64,000 nt of DNA from an uncultured Bryobacterales bacterium. Its GTDB lineage: Bacteria > Acidobacteriota > Terriglobia > Bryobacterales > UBA6623. The stretch lies in the NCBI GenBank assembly GCA_964461235.1, contig CAYWUV010000013.1, positions 10,942 through 74,941 on the forward strand. Reading direction: 5' to 3'. The notes beneath the pieces were generated by a model. The model was not told the DNA's origin. It was given only the letters and a program-made list of their open reading frames with translations, and did not search any database. The position numbers and the translations under genes were made by a program. Below, in pieces: positions 1 through 7,421 of the stretch (within the stretch, counting starts at the first letter, position 1; each line of letters begins with the position of its first letter).

Positions 1-1
1 T

Positions 2-121
2 CGTTCGGCCGAGGACCTCGCCAGCGTTCTGGCCGTTCACGTGAAACGCGGCAAGGAGGCCCTGATCCGCGACATTCGTGAAGCACGCGACTCCTACCTG
101 GCTGCCAAGCCCTCAAAATAG
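2..121 (+). CDS. 3' end of an unidentified gene (partial, enters from left edge)
   Basis: Open frame from the window edge ending at TAG 119-121 (...EALIRDIREARDSYLAAKPSK*). Only 39 codons are visible and no family is recognisable. Confidence 0.3.
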   Translation, partial: RSAEDLASVLAVHVKRGKEALIRDIREARDSYLAAKPSK

Positions 122-131
122 ACCTCTTTCA

Positions 132-1043
132 ATGACTCACTCTTTCCAAGGCGTCATCCCCATCCTTGTCACTCCGTTCCAAGAGGACGGCCGGGTTGAT
201 GTCGCCGCGCAGTTGCGCGTCGTCGACCACCTTTCCGCGAATGGTGCGGACGAAGGTTTCGGAGTGTTCGGGAACGCCGGCGAAGGCTACGCCCTCCTGC
301 CGACGGAAAAACGCATCTTGCTGGACGCCATCGTCCGGCACGTGGACGGTCGCGTTCCGGTCATTGTGGGTGTGGGGGCCACTGGCACTGATGCTGCGGT
401 CGAAGCCTGCCGTGGAGCAGAAGGCCAGGGCGCGGACGGCCTGATGGTTCTACCGCCGTATTACCTGCGACCCGACGCTGACGGCGTGATGTTCTTCTAT
501 TCGGCGATCAGCGACGCGGTCGGCATTCCGATCATGGTCCAGGATGCCCCCATGCTGTCGCAGGTCGCCATGCCGCCCGCCCTGCTCGGGCGCCTTGGCC
601 GCGAGATCGAGAACGTCCGGTACGTGAAGGTAGAGGCACCGCCCACCGCGCCCAAGATCAGCAGTACTCTCAAAGCCGCAAGTGACGGCCTGACCTTGCT
701 AGGAGGCCTGAACGGCCAATTCATGATCGAGGAGTGGCGCCGAGGTGCCCGCGGGACAATGCCGGCCAGCGACATGACCTGGCTCTTCCACTCGATATGG
801 GACGATCTCGAGCACCGGAGGCTCAGCGCCGCTTGGAGCACATTCCAGCGAGCGCTGCCCCTGATACGTTACGAATTGCAGCCCGGCCTGGGGGTCTCGG
901 CGGTGAAGCACAATTTGGTCCACGCGGGAGTTCTCGAGAACGCCACTGTACGGCATCCGACTCGAGCACTTGACAGAGAGGGACTGCTGGAACTTGAAGC
1001 TCTGCGATCTGTCGTTGGTCCGACCTGGCGATCATGCCCATAG
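132..1043 (+). CDS. Dihydrodipicolinate synthase / N-acetylneuraminate lyase family class I aldolase (probably a 2-keto-3-deoxy sugar-acid aldolase)
   Basis: ORF 78-1043; first ATG at 132 (MTHSFQGVIPILVTPF...). Family-typical stretches are GVFGNAGEGYALLPTEKR, VIVGVGATGT and LMVLPPYY. Overlaps the next gene by 10 nt. Confidence 0.8.
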   Translation: MTHSFQGVIPILVTPFQEDGRVDVAAQLRVVDHLSANGADEGFGVFGNAGEGYALLPTEKRILLDAIVRHVDGRVPVIVGVGATGTDAAVEACRGAEGQGADGLMVLPPYYLRPDADGVMFFYSAISDAVGIPIMVQDAPMLSQVAMPPALLGRLGREIENVRYVKVEAPPTAPKISSTLKAASDGLTLLGGLNGQFMIEEWRRGARGTMPASDMTWLFHSIWDDLEHRRLSAAWSTFQRALPLIRYELQPGLGVSAVKHNLVHAGVLENATVRHPTRALDREGLLELEALRSVVGPTWRSCP

Positions 1044-2251
1044 ACCGGATCGAGACGATCGAATCCTTCGCCCTGAGGTTTCCGCGCGATTCCGAAGCCG
1101 TCCGCGGAACCGCCGGATCGCCCACAAGGCTGACAGCGAGTACCTTCGACTACCGCTGGTCGGAAACGAACAGCACGCTGTACTCGGTGCATTTCGAAGC
1201 CGCGCTGGTGAAGGTGACGCTTGCTTCTGGGTTAGTGGGATGGGGCGAGCCTCAAGCACCGCTCGTCCCCGAAGTCGCATGCTTGATTGCCGAGCGCTTG
1301 CTCCGACCGGCCATCGAAGGCCTTGCGTTCGACGGCTCCACGGGTGCCATCCGATCGTTGAGGCAGCGGATGTACTCCACCATGCGGGTCCGCGGCCAGA
1401 CCGGGGGCTTCATGCTCGACGCCATGGCCGGTGTCGACATAGCGCTTTGGGACCTGGCTGGAAAGATCCGGGGCCTTGCGGTTGCTGACTTGCTTTCGCC
1501 GGGGCGGACGAAGAGTCGGATCCCGTGCTATCTGTCCGGACTCTCCGGAATGGACAACGCGGCGCGTGTCGCGCAAGCCAAGGACGCTTGGAGTGCGGGA
1601 TTCCGCATCTACAAGATCTTCCATGACCGGACGGAGGAGGCGCTTTTCGACCTGTTGACGCAGTTGCGGGAAGCCCTCGGTCCCGATGCGGGCTTGGCGG
1701 TCGACGCCCTCTGGCGTCTTGACGGGGACACTGCGGTGGAGTTTGGCAAGAGGCTGGACACCCTAGGCGCCCTATGGCTGGAATGCCCGCTGCCACCCGA
1801 GTCAGCCACCGCGCATTCGGAACTGGCGCATCGGATCCGGACTCCAATCGCCCTGGGAGAAAGCTATCGGTCGCGGCTTGAAATGGCCCCGTTCCTGTCA
1901 GCGAACTGCGTGCAGTGGCTCCAGCCTGACCTCGGGCGATGGGGCCTCACGGAGGCGTTCGACATCGCCAGCGAGGTTCCGGAGAGTGTCCGGGTCGTTC
2001 CCCACATCAGCATTGCGATGGGTCCCCAGATCGCTGCCGCCCTTCAATTTTCGGCGGCTTGCCCGAACGTGGAACTGGCTGAATACAACCCGGTTGTCTG
2101 CTCCGTTGCAAACAGATACCTGAAACGGCCCCTTTCAATTCACAGTGCCGAGTACGTTGTGCCTGTCGGACCCGGATTGGGGGTCGAAATCGACGAATCG
2201 GCCTTGGCAGCTGCCTTGAATTCGACCGACGTGGCAGGTAGTCGCGATTAA
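1034..2251 (+). CDS. Enolase-superfamily enzyme (mandelate racemase / muconate lactonizing family, sugar-acid dehydratase-like)
   Basis: 405-aa ORF. GWGEPQAPLVPEVA..., DIALWDLAGKIRGLAVADLL and ALWLECPLPPE...IALGES are typical of MR/MLE N- and C-domains. Coupled to the upstream aldolase. Confidence 0.8.
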   Translation: MPIDRIETIESFALRFPRDSEAVRGTAGSPTRLTASTFDYRWSETNSTLYSVHFEAALVKVTLASGLVGWGEPQAPLVPEVACLIAERLLRPAIEGLAFDGSTGAIRSLRQRMYSTMRVRGQTGGFMLDAMAGVDIALWDLAGKIRGLAVADLLSPGRTKSRIPCYLSGLSGMDNAARVAQAKDAWSAGFRIYKIFHDRTEEALFDLLTQLREALGPDAGLAVDALWRLDGDTAVEFGKRLDTLGALWLECPLPPESATAHSELAHRIRTPIALGESYRSRLEMAPFLSANCVQWLQPDLGRWGLTEAFDIASEVPESVRVVPHISIAMGPQIAAALQFSAACPNVELAEYNPVVCSVANRYLKRPLSIHSAEYVVPVGPGLGVEIDESALAAALNSTDVAGSRD

Positions 2252-2839
2252 CGCGGGGCTCGCGATCCAACTGCAGAACTGGGCCAAATGCCTTACCTCA
2301 TGTGTCGGTCGACCGGACGCCGTATCGAACGACCGGGTCGAGGGCTGCGTTCCGCTATACCTCCTGCCATCCTGAGTTTCCGGAAGCGCCAGTTGGCCGG
2401 TTCAAGAGCCCGCCGATCCCAGATATGGATTATCGGGGCCGGGTCGAAGACACAGGCTGGCGCTGCAGAATCCCCTTCCAGTCGATCATTCGGTGGTCGC
2501 CTCGGGGGCGCCGCCAAGAAGGTTCTCGGGTGACGCGCGGAGCGGTCCGGTCGAATCACAAGGCGAGCCGTTGTCCCGCTTCCTCTCCGAGGTCTCCGTG
2601 TGCCTCACAGGATCGCTGAACCGTATCGTATGACGAAGACTTGAGCTGTTTGCTGCAAGGACTTCCCGCAGATCCCCCGACAAGCCTCAAGACCGCAAGA
2701 TTCATTCCGAGAGGCGTTGCGGTCGACTTGCAGTGGCCCTTGCTCGCGGAGTGCCTTCCGGCTCGGATAGTGATCACGCGCGAGGCCTGACCCAGAAGGG
2801 ACCGACCGATCCAGTCCAGAATTGTACTTATTTAAGTCG

Positions 2840-2847
2840 CAATGATA
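2840..2847. repeat. Left copy of the 8-bp target-site duplication CAATGATA
   Basis: CAATGATA directly abuts the left IR. An identical octamer abuts the right IR at 4326-4333. Confidence 0.8.
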
Positions 2848-2875
2848 GGGGATTATGTAGATAAGTGCCCAAATC
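2848..2875. repeat. IS left inverted repeat GGGGATTATGTAGATAAGTGCCCAAATC
   Basis: Matches the reverse complement of 4298-4325 at 26 of 28 positions. Confidence 0.85.
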
Positions 2876-2923
2876 ACCGCTTTTACGCTTGACTTATGGG
2901 CACTTTTCTACTAGAATGAAATC

Positions 2924-3928
2924 GTGCCAGACAGAGTAAGAGCACCGGGGAAGTCGCATCGCAATGGCATCAGCTTGAAGGCCATCATGCGCCGGTTTCC
3001 GAGCAATGAAAAGGCTGAACAGTGGTTCATCAAGCAACGCTGGCCGGCCGGGGTGTGCTGCCCGTATTGCGGGTCGCTGAACGTCCAGATCGGATGCCAG
3101 CACAAGACCATGCCGTTCCGCTGCCGCGAGAAGGCTTGCGGTCGCAAGCGGTTCAGCGTGCGGACGGGCACGGTCATGGAATGCTCGAAGATCGGCTACC
3201 AGGACTGGATGCTGGCGATGTTCCTGGTGATGACGAACCTCAAGGGCGTCGCGTCCCTGAAGCTGCACCGGGACTTGGAGATCAACCAGCGGTCGGCCTG
3301 GTTCCTGGCCCACCGGTTGCGCCTGGCGCTGACCGAGCGGGTCGGTCCGTTCAGCGGACCGGTCGAGGCCGACGAGACCTACCTGGGCGGGAAGCGTCGC
3401 AACATGTCGAACGCCCAGCGCAAGGAGCTGGAGGGAACGGGCCGGGGCGCGGTCGGCAAGACCGCGGTGGTGGGCGCGAAGGATCGCGAGACCAACCAGG
3501 TGGCGGCCAAGGTGGTGGCCGCGACCGACAAGGAGACGCTGCAAGGGTTCGTGAGCGACCACGCGGACGCCGAGGCCACGGTCTACACGGACGATGCGAC
3601 GGCGTACGAGACGCTGCCGTTCGACCACGACACGGTCAAACACTCGCTGCAGGAGTACATCAAGGGAGACATGCACACCAACGGCATCGAATCCTTGTGG
3701 TCGATGCTGAAGCGCGCTCACAAGGGCACGTTCCACAAGTTCAGCCCGAAGCATCTGGACCGCTACGTGCAGGAATTCGCCGGACGCCACAATGTGCGGG
3801 AGCAGGACACCATCGAGCAGATCGGCTCCCTGCGGCGCGGGATGGAGGGCAAGCGGCTCACCTACAAGGCCCTGATTCAGAACAACGGCTTGAAGTCCGG
3901 CACTAGGGCGGTGGCGGAGGGGCGCTGA
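2924..3928 (+). CDS. IS1595-family transposase (Zn-ribbon + ISXO2-like DDE domain)
   Basis: 334 aa. N-terminal Cys-rich ribbon (CCPYCGSLNVQIGC...FRCREKACGRKRF), then DETYLGG, VYTDDATAYE and HTNGIESLWSMLKRAHKGTFH, as in IS1595/ISXO2 transposases. Confidence 0.9.
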   Translation: MPDRVRAPGKSHRNGISLKAIMRRFPSNEKAEQWFIKQRWPAGVCCPYCGSLNVQIGCQHKTMPFRCREKACGRKRFSVRTGTVMECSKIGYQDWMLAMFLVMTNLKGVASLKLHRDLEINQRSAWFLAHRLRLALTERVGPFSGPVEADETYLGGKRRNMSNAQRKELEGTGRGAVGKTAVVGAKDRETNQVAAKVVAATDKETLQGFVSDHADAEATVYTDDATAYETLPFDHDTVKHSLQEYIKGDMHTNGIESLWSMLKRAHKGTFHKFSPKHLDRYVQEFAGRHNVREQDTIEQIGSLRRGMEGKRLTYKALIQNNGLKSGTRAVAEGR

Positions 3929-3972
3929 ACGTCAACAAGCGCACCCGGTGCAGCGGGAACAGCCTCGCCACC

Positions 3973-4269
3973 ATGGCGGAATCCACTCCGATTCCGCGGG
4001 CGAGATCCAGCTGGATCCGCCGCTCCATTCGGATCAGAGCCTGCCGGGGCTGCGACAATAGCGGCGTACGGGAGACACCCTTGAAACGAGAGAAGACCCG
4101 ACACGCAACAGAGGTCAGGGAGGTGGAGTTACCTCCCGACACCTACCGGCCGAGCGCTGCTGAACTGCGGGAGACGCTCAGCTTTAACGGGACTTTGGAG
4201 GAGTTTGCCAAGGCTATTTTGCAGCCTGTCAGGGTCCGCCGGGTAAAGGATCGAAAGCGTCCCCGGTAA
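3973..4269 (+). CDS. Small hypothetical ORF in the 3' part of the IS (passenger or accessory ORF; true start uncertain)
   Basis: 98-codon ORF between the transposase stop and the right IR. The C-terminal half (VELPPDTYRPSAAELRETLSFNGTLEEFAKAILQPVRVRR) looks protein-like; the N-terminal half is Arg-rich and may not be translated. Confidence 0.3.
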   Translation: MAESTPIPRARSSWIRRSIRIRACRGCDNSGVRETPLKREKTRHATEVREVELPPDTYRPSAAELRETLSFNGTLEEFAKAILQPVRVRRVKDRKRPR

Positions 4270-4297
4270 ATGCCTATGGAATCAGTCTCTTGCAGGC

Positions 4298-4325
4298 GAT
4301 TTGGGCACTCAACTACATAATCCCC
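4298..4325. repeat. IS right inverted repeat
   Basis: Its reverse complement is GGGGATTATGTAGTTGAGTGCCCAAATC, 26/28 identical to 2848-2875. Confidence 0.85.
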
Positions 4326-4333
4326 CAATGATA
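4326..4333. repeat. Right copy of the 8-bp target-site duplication CAATGATA
   Basis: Identical to 2840-2847 and directly abuts the right IR. Confidence 0.8.
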
Positions 4334-4346
4334 ACTTGGCTATTGG

Positions 4347-4592
4347 ATGGATACCTTGCGAACGAGCATTGATATCCCCCGCGAGTTGCACAGGAAACTG
4401 CACGAGGCAGCGCGGCAGCGCGGCTGTTCAGCCCGACGGTTGATCCTTGAGAGCATCGAGAGAGTCGTTCAAGATACGGCCCGGCAACGGCCCACGCGCC
4501 GCCTAACGCTTGACCGTGCTCCGGTGTCTTCGCGTGGGTATGCGTTTGATCTCTCGGCTGATCAGATTCATGAACTCATTGAGTTTCCCTGA
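4347..4592 (+). CDS. vapB: Ribbon-helix-helix (CopG/VapB-type) antitoxin
   Basis: 81 aa. The N-terminus TSIDIPRELHRKLHEAARQRGCSARRLILESIERVV is a typical RHH fold signature. The 3' end overlaps the PIN gene by 23 nt. Confidence 0.75.
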   Translation: MDTLRTSIDIPRELHRKLHEAARQRGCSARRLILESIERVVQDTARQRPTRRLTLDRAPVSSRGYAFDLSADQIHELIEFP

Positions 4593-5001
4593 CATCAATG
4601 TCTGGCTTGCGTTGCTGATCGACGGCCACGTTCACAGGGCAGTCGCTGTCGAATGGTGGCGCAGCGAACAGGGGCGCCAGATCGCATTCTCACGGCTCAC
4701 CCAGATCGGAGTTCTCCGCCTCCTGACTACGTCGGCTGCGATGAACGGAGAACCGCTCTCCATGGCGGAAGCATGGTCTGCCTACGACTACCTATACAGG
4801 GATGACCGGATCGTCTTCTTGCCCGAACCAGCCGCGTTCGGGCACGCGTTCCGCACCAAGGCGTCTACCGGTCTAGCCTCCCCGAAACTCTGGGCGGACG
4901 CCTACGTGGCGGCATTCGCCGAGGTAGCGGGCGCAGAAGTGATAACCTTCGACCTTGCGCTCGCGGATCGGTGTAAGAAGAGTCGGCTACTGACTTGGTA
5001 A
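4570..5001 (+). CDS. vapC: PIN-domain ribonuclease toxin
   Basis: ORF 4510-5001; ATG at 4570 gives MNSLSFPDINVWLALL..., the usual N-terminal acidic residue context. It ends ...AFAEVAGAEVITFDLALA. Size and pairing with an RHH gene fit VapC. Confidence 0.75.
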   Translation: MNSLSFPDINVWLALLIDGHVHRAVAVEWWRSEQGRQIAFSRLTQIGVLRLLTTSAAMNGEPLSMAEAWSAYDYLYRDDRIVFLPEPAAFGHAFRTKASTGLASPKLWADAYVAAFAEVAGAEVITFDLALADRCKKSRLLTW

Positions 5002-5715
5002 TGGAATCGCGGTACACCATTACTCGGCATGCCTGATGGGGTATGAGGACGGGTCCGTCCAGTTGCTGGTGACGGCTCAATGCTGGAATCGAATTGAATC
5101 TTCGCATACCTAGGGTCTTCATCACTACAATCTCGAATTGTTGCTTGATGCGCCTACGCCAAGCAGTTCGTTCCGAGGGCTCAAGAGCAACGAAATCAAG
5201 CAGTTCTGCGAGTTTCGAACCCAATGCTTCGTCCCGCGAGCATTCGATCAACTCGCTCGCGGCGAAACGCCAAACCTTGCTGACGGCGATGGATGAATGA
5301 GTCGGGACATCAAATCACAGGACATGGCTTCGATATTCGCAACAATCGGGTCTGCTCCCGATGCCCGATCTGGTCCTCGTTCAGCGGGACAGCGGCACTG
5401 AGAGTTGCCTGACCAGGATCATTGCGATTGCTATTGGGACTCCGCCACTGCGGGTATCACCTCCCGTAGAGGGCCTTTGTTTGGCTGTCCGTAGGCCGAG
5501 CAACCGCACTCGGCGGCCAAGAGCGAGATCGGTGCCATCGTCGTCATGACTGCCTGAGCAACTAGTCGTCCACAGCGTTTCCTCGCAACGCGATGACGTG
5601 CCGCGCACTGCGCGTGGAATCGACTCCACTCTGTCGGGATTGGCTTGTATCGCCTCTGGCTGGGCAGGGGTTGCATAGGAGAGTGGAGGGTACAATCAAG
5701 GTCGACATCACAGCA

Positions 5716-6870
5716 ATGAGCGAGTACCAGTACTACGAGTTCCAAGCGGCCGATAGGCCTCTTGACGACGCGGATAAGGCGGATTTGCGGCATATTTCGT
5801 CAAGGGCGGAAATCTCGTCAACTAGGTTTACTAACGTCTACCACTACGGCGATTTCCGCGGCGATCCTCGAAAGCTGATGGAGCGCTGGTTCGACCTGCA
5901 TCTCTACGTTGCCAACTGGGGAACGCGAAATCTCATGATCCGGCTTCCCAAGCGGCTCGTCGACCGGTCGGTGCTCGATCGGTGCGTAAGCCCGGTCGAG
6001 GAAATCGAGTTGATCGAATCCGGCGAGAACCTGATCGTCGAAATCGGCTTCAATTCCGAGGAATCAGGATTCCATTTTCCCGACACCGAAGGCGACGGCT
6101 GGCTGGATTCGCTTGCACCGCTTCGCAACGACGCACTCGCAGGGGATCTCAGGTTGTTCTACGTTCTCTGGCTGACCGCTGTGCAGAGGGACTTTGTCCC
6201 TGATCACGTGGAGGAACCGCTGCCAGGCATCGGACCTCTATCCGCCCCACTCGAGTCACTTGCCGAGTTCTTCGAAGTTGATCGAGATCTCCTCCGCGCC
6301 GCGGCCGAGTCTTCGACCGGCACCGATATGGAGAGTTCCTTGGCCGATGCGTCCCGAAAGGCGATCGAGTCCATTCCGAACAAGGAGAAAGCCGCATTGC
6401 TTCTGCGGCTGTTCAACGGGGACCCACACGTGGCCGCAGAGGTCCGCATGAGGGTTCGCAACGTCTGGGCCACCGCAGCAGGGCAGTCCAATGGCAAGCG
6501 CCGTACGGTTGGGGAACTGCGCAGGCGCGGCTTGGCAGTGCGTGAGGAACGCAGGGCACAAGCGGCTAGGCGAAGGGAAGCGGAACGGCTTCGAAAGGCG
6601 CAGGAGGCCGAACGGGCGCGGCGCGTGCGGCTTGATGGCCTCAAGCGCCGGGGAACGCGGGTTTGGGGCGATGTCGAGAGGGAAATCGAATATAGGAACG
6701 CAAGCAGCTACGACCGAGCGGTAGCGCTGCTCGTCGACTTGCGGTCGCTTGCGCAAGAGACCGGAAAGACCGACGAATTCGCAAGGCGGCTTGAGTCCAT
6801 CCGCCGACGCCACGATCGCAAGCGTGCTTTCATTGATCGGCTGAATACACATCGGCTCGGCCTTGGCTAA
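5716..6870 (+). CDS. Hypothetical protein, 384 aa (N-terminal MSEYQYYEF domain, acidic linker, Arg/Glu-rich C-terminal helical region)
   Basis: ORF 5593-6870; ATG at 5716 starts MSEYQYYEFQAADRPLDDADKADLRHISSRAEI... The C-terminus is REERRAQAARRREAERLRKAQEAERARRVRLDGLKRRG...YDRAVALLVDLRSLAQETGKTDEFARRLESIRRRHDRKRAFIDRL. No signal peptide and no catalytic motif I recognise. Confidence 0.7.
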   Translation: MSEYQYYEFQAADRPLDDADKADLRHISSRAEISSTRFTNVYHYGDFRGDPRKLMERWFDLHLYVANWGTRNLMIRLPKRLVDRSVLDRCVSPVEEIELIESGENLIVEIGFNSEESGFHFPDTEGDGWLDSLAPLRNDALAGDLRLFYVLWLTAVQRDFVPDHVEEPLPGIGPLSAPLESLAEFFEVDRDLLRAAAESSTGTDMESSLADASRKAIESIPNKEKAALLLRLFNGDPHVAAEVRMRVRNVWATAAGQSNGKRRTVGELRRRGLAVREERRAQAARRREAERLRKAQEAERARRVRLDGLKRRGTRVWGDVEREIEYRNASSYDRAVALLVDLRSLAQETGKTDEFARRLESIRRRHDRKRAFIDRLNTHRLGLG

Positions 6871-7421
6871 CGTCGACGAGGAGCTGAAAACGCACTGTTT
6901 CCGGGCGTTAGGGATCAGGGCTACCCAGGCCAGGTCGACGACGGCAGTCATTTACCCCCCGAAACGCAGTCCGACCCCGCCTCGCGCCAAGAGTCCGGGG
7001 GATAGTGCGGTACGCGACTCAGGGGGATTGATGGGTGTATGGGAGTCAGCCAGTGGATAGCTGGGTAGCCGCGGCGGCCGCGAGGCCCCAGTAGTGTCCG
7101 CTCATATCGAGTTGTCCCTGACGAATTGGCAGGCGCGGCGTCAGTCCCGCTCCAGGCGCTCGTGCAACTACCCGAGGGCCTCCCTCGTGCGGGACAGTTC
7201 GGCTAGCAGCTCGGCGTTGAGCGTGGGCACCGCGGTGGACGCGTACGTGTTCGTTTGCAGGGTGATTTGGCTAGTCAATGGGCTGGAAATCCCGAGTCCG
7301 CCGACCACACCGTATGGATATTGTGGCTATCTGCGTTATGTGCAACTCTTCTGAATCTATTACATGGCCGGACGCCTTGCGGCCGTCCACAGGGCCCAGT
7401 CGCGTGCTAGCCTGATGAGCA

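Larger units (their letters stand above)
2848..4325 (+). mobile_element. IS1595-family insertion sequence (ISXO2-like transposase), 1478 bp, apparently intact
   Basis: Terminal inverted repeats at 2848-2875 and 4298-4325 (26/28 identical), a perfect 8-bp direct repeat on both flanks, and an internal IS1595-type transposase gene. Confidence 0.85.

Noticed and set aside
2842-2847. Apparent extension of the IS inverted repeat (ATGATA / TATCAT)
   Set aside because: On checking orientation, these bases are part of the direct 8-bp duplication CAATGATA on both flanks. They are not inverted-repeat sequence, so the IS ends are at 2848 and 4325.
2894-3906. Long ORFs inside the transposase gene (2894-3790 minus, 298 aa; 3022-3906 plus, 294 aa)
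   Set aside because: They are alternative or antisense frames of a gene with clear IS1595 transposase motifs. Their products are Arg/Gly/Ala/His/Pro low-complexity, typical of high-GC shadow ORFs.
5205-5225. GGGTTCGAAAC on the minus strand, resembling a tRNA T-loop; also GGTTCAAGAGCC near 2399
   Set aside because: The flanking bases cannot form the 5-bp T-stem or an acceptor stem, so these are chance matches.
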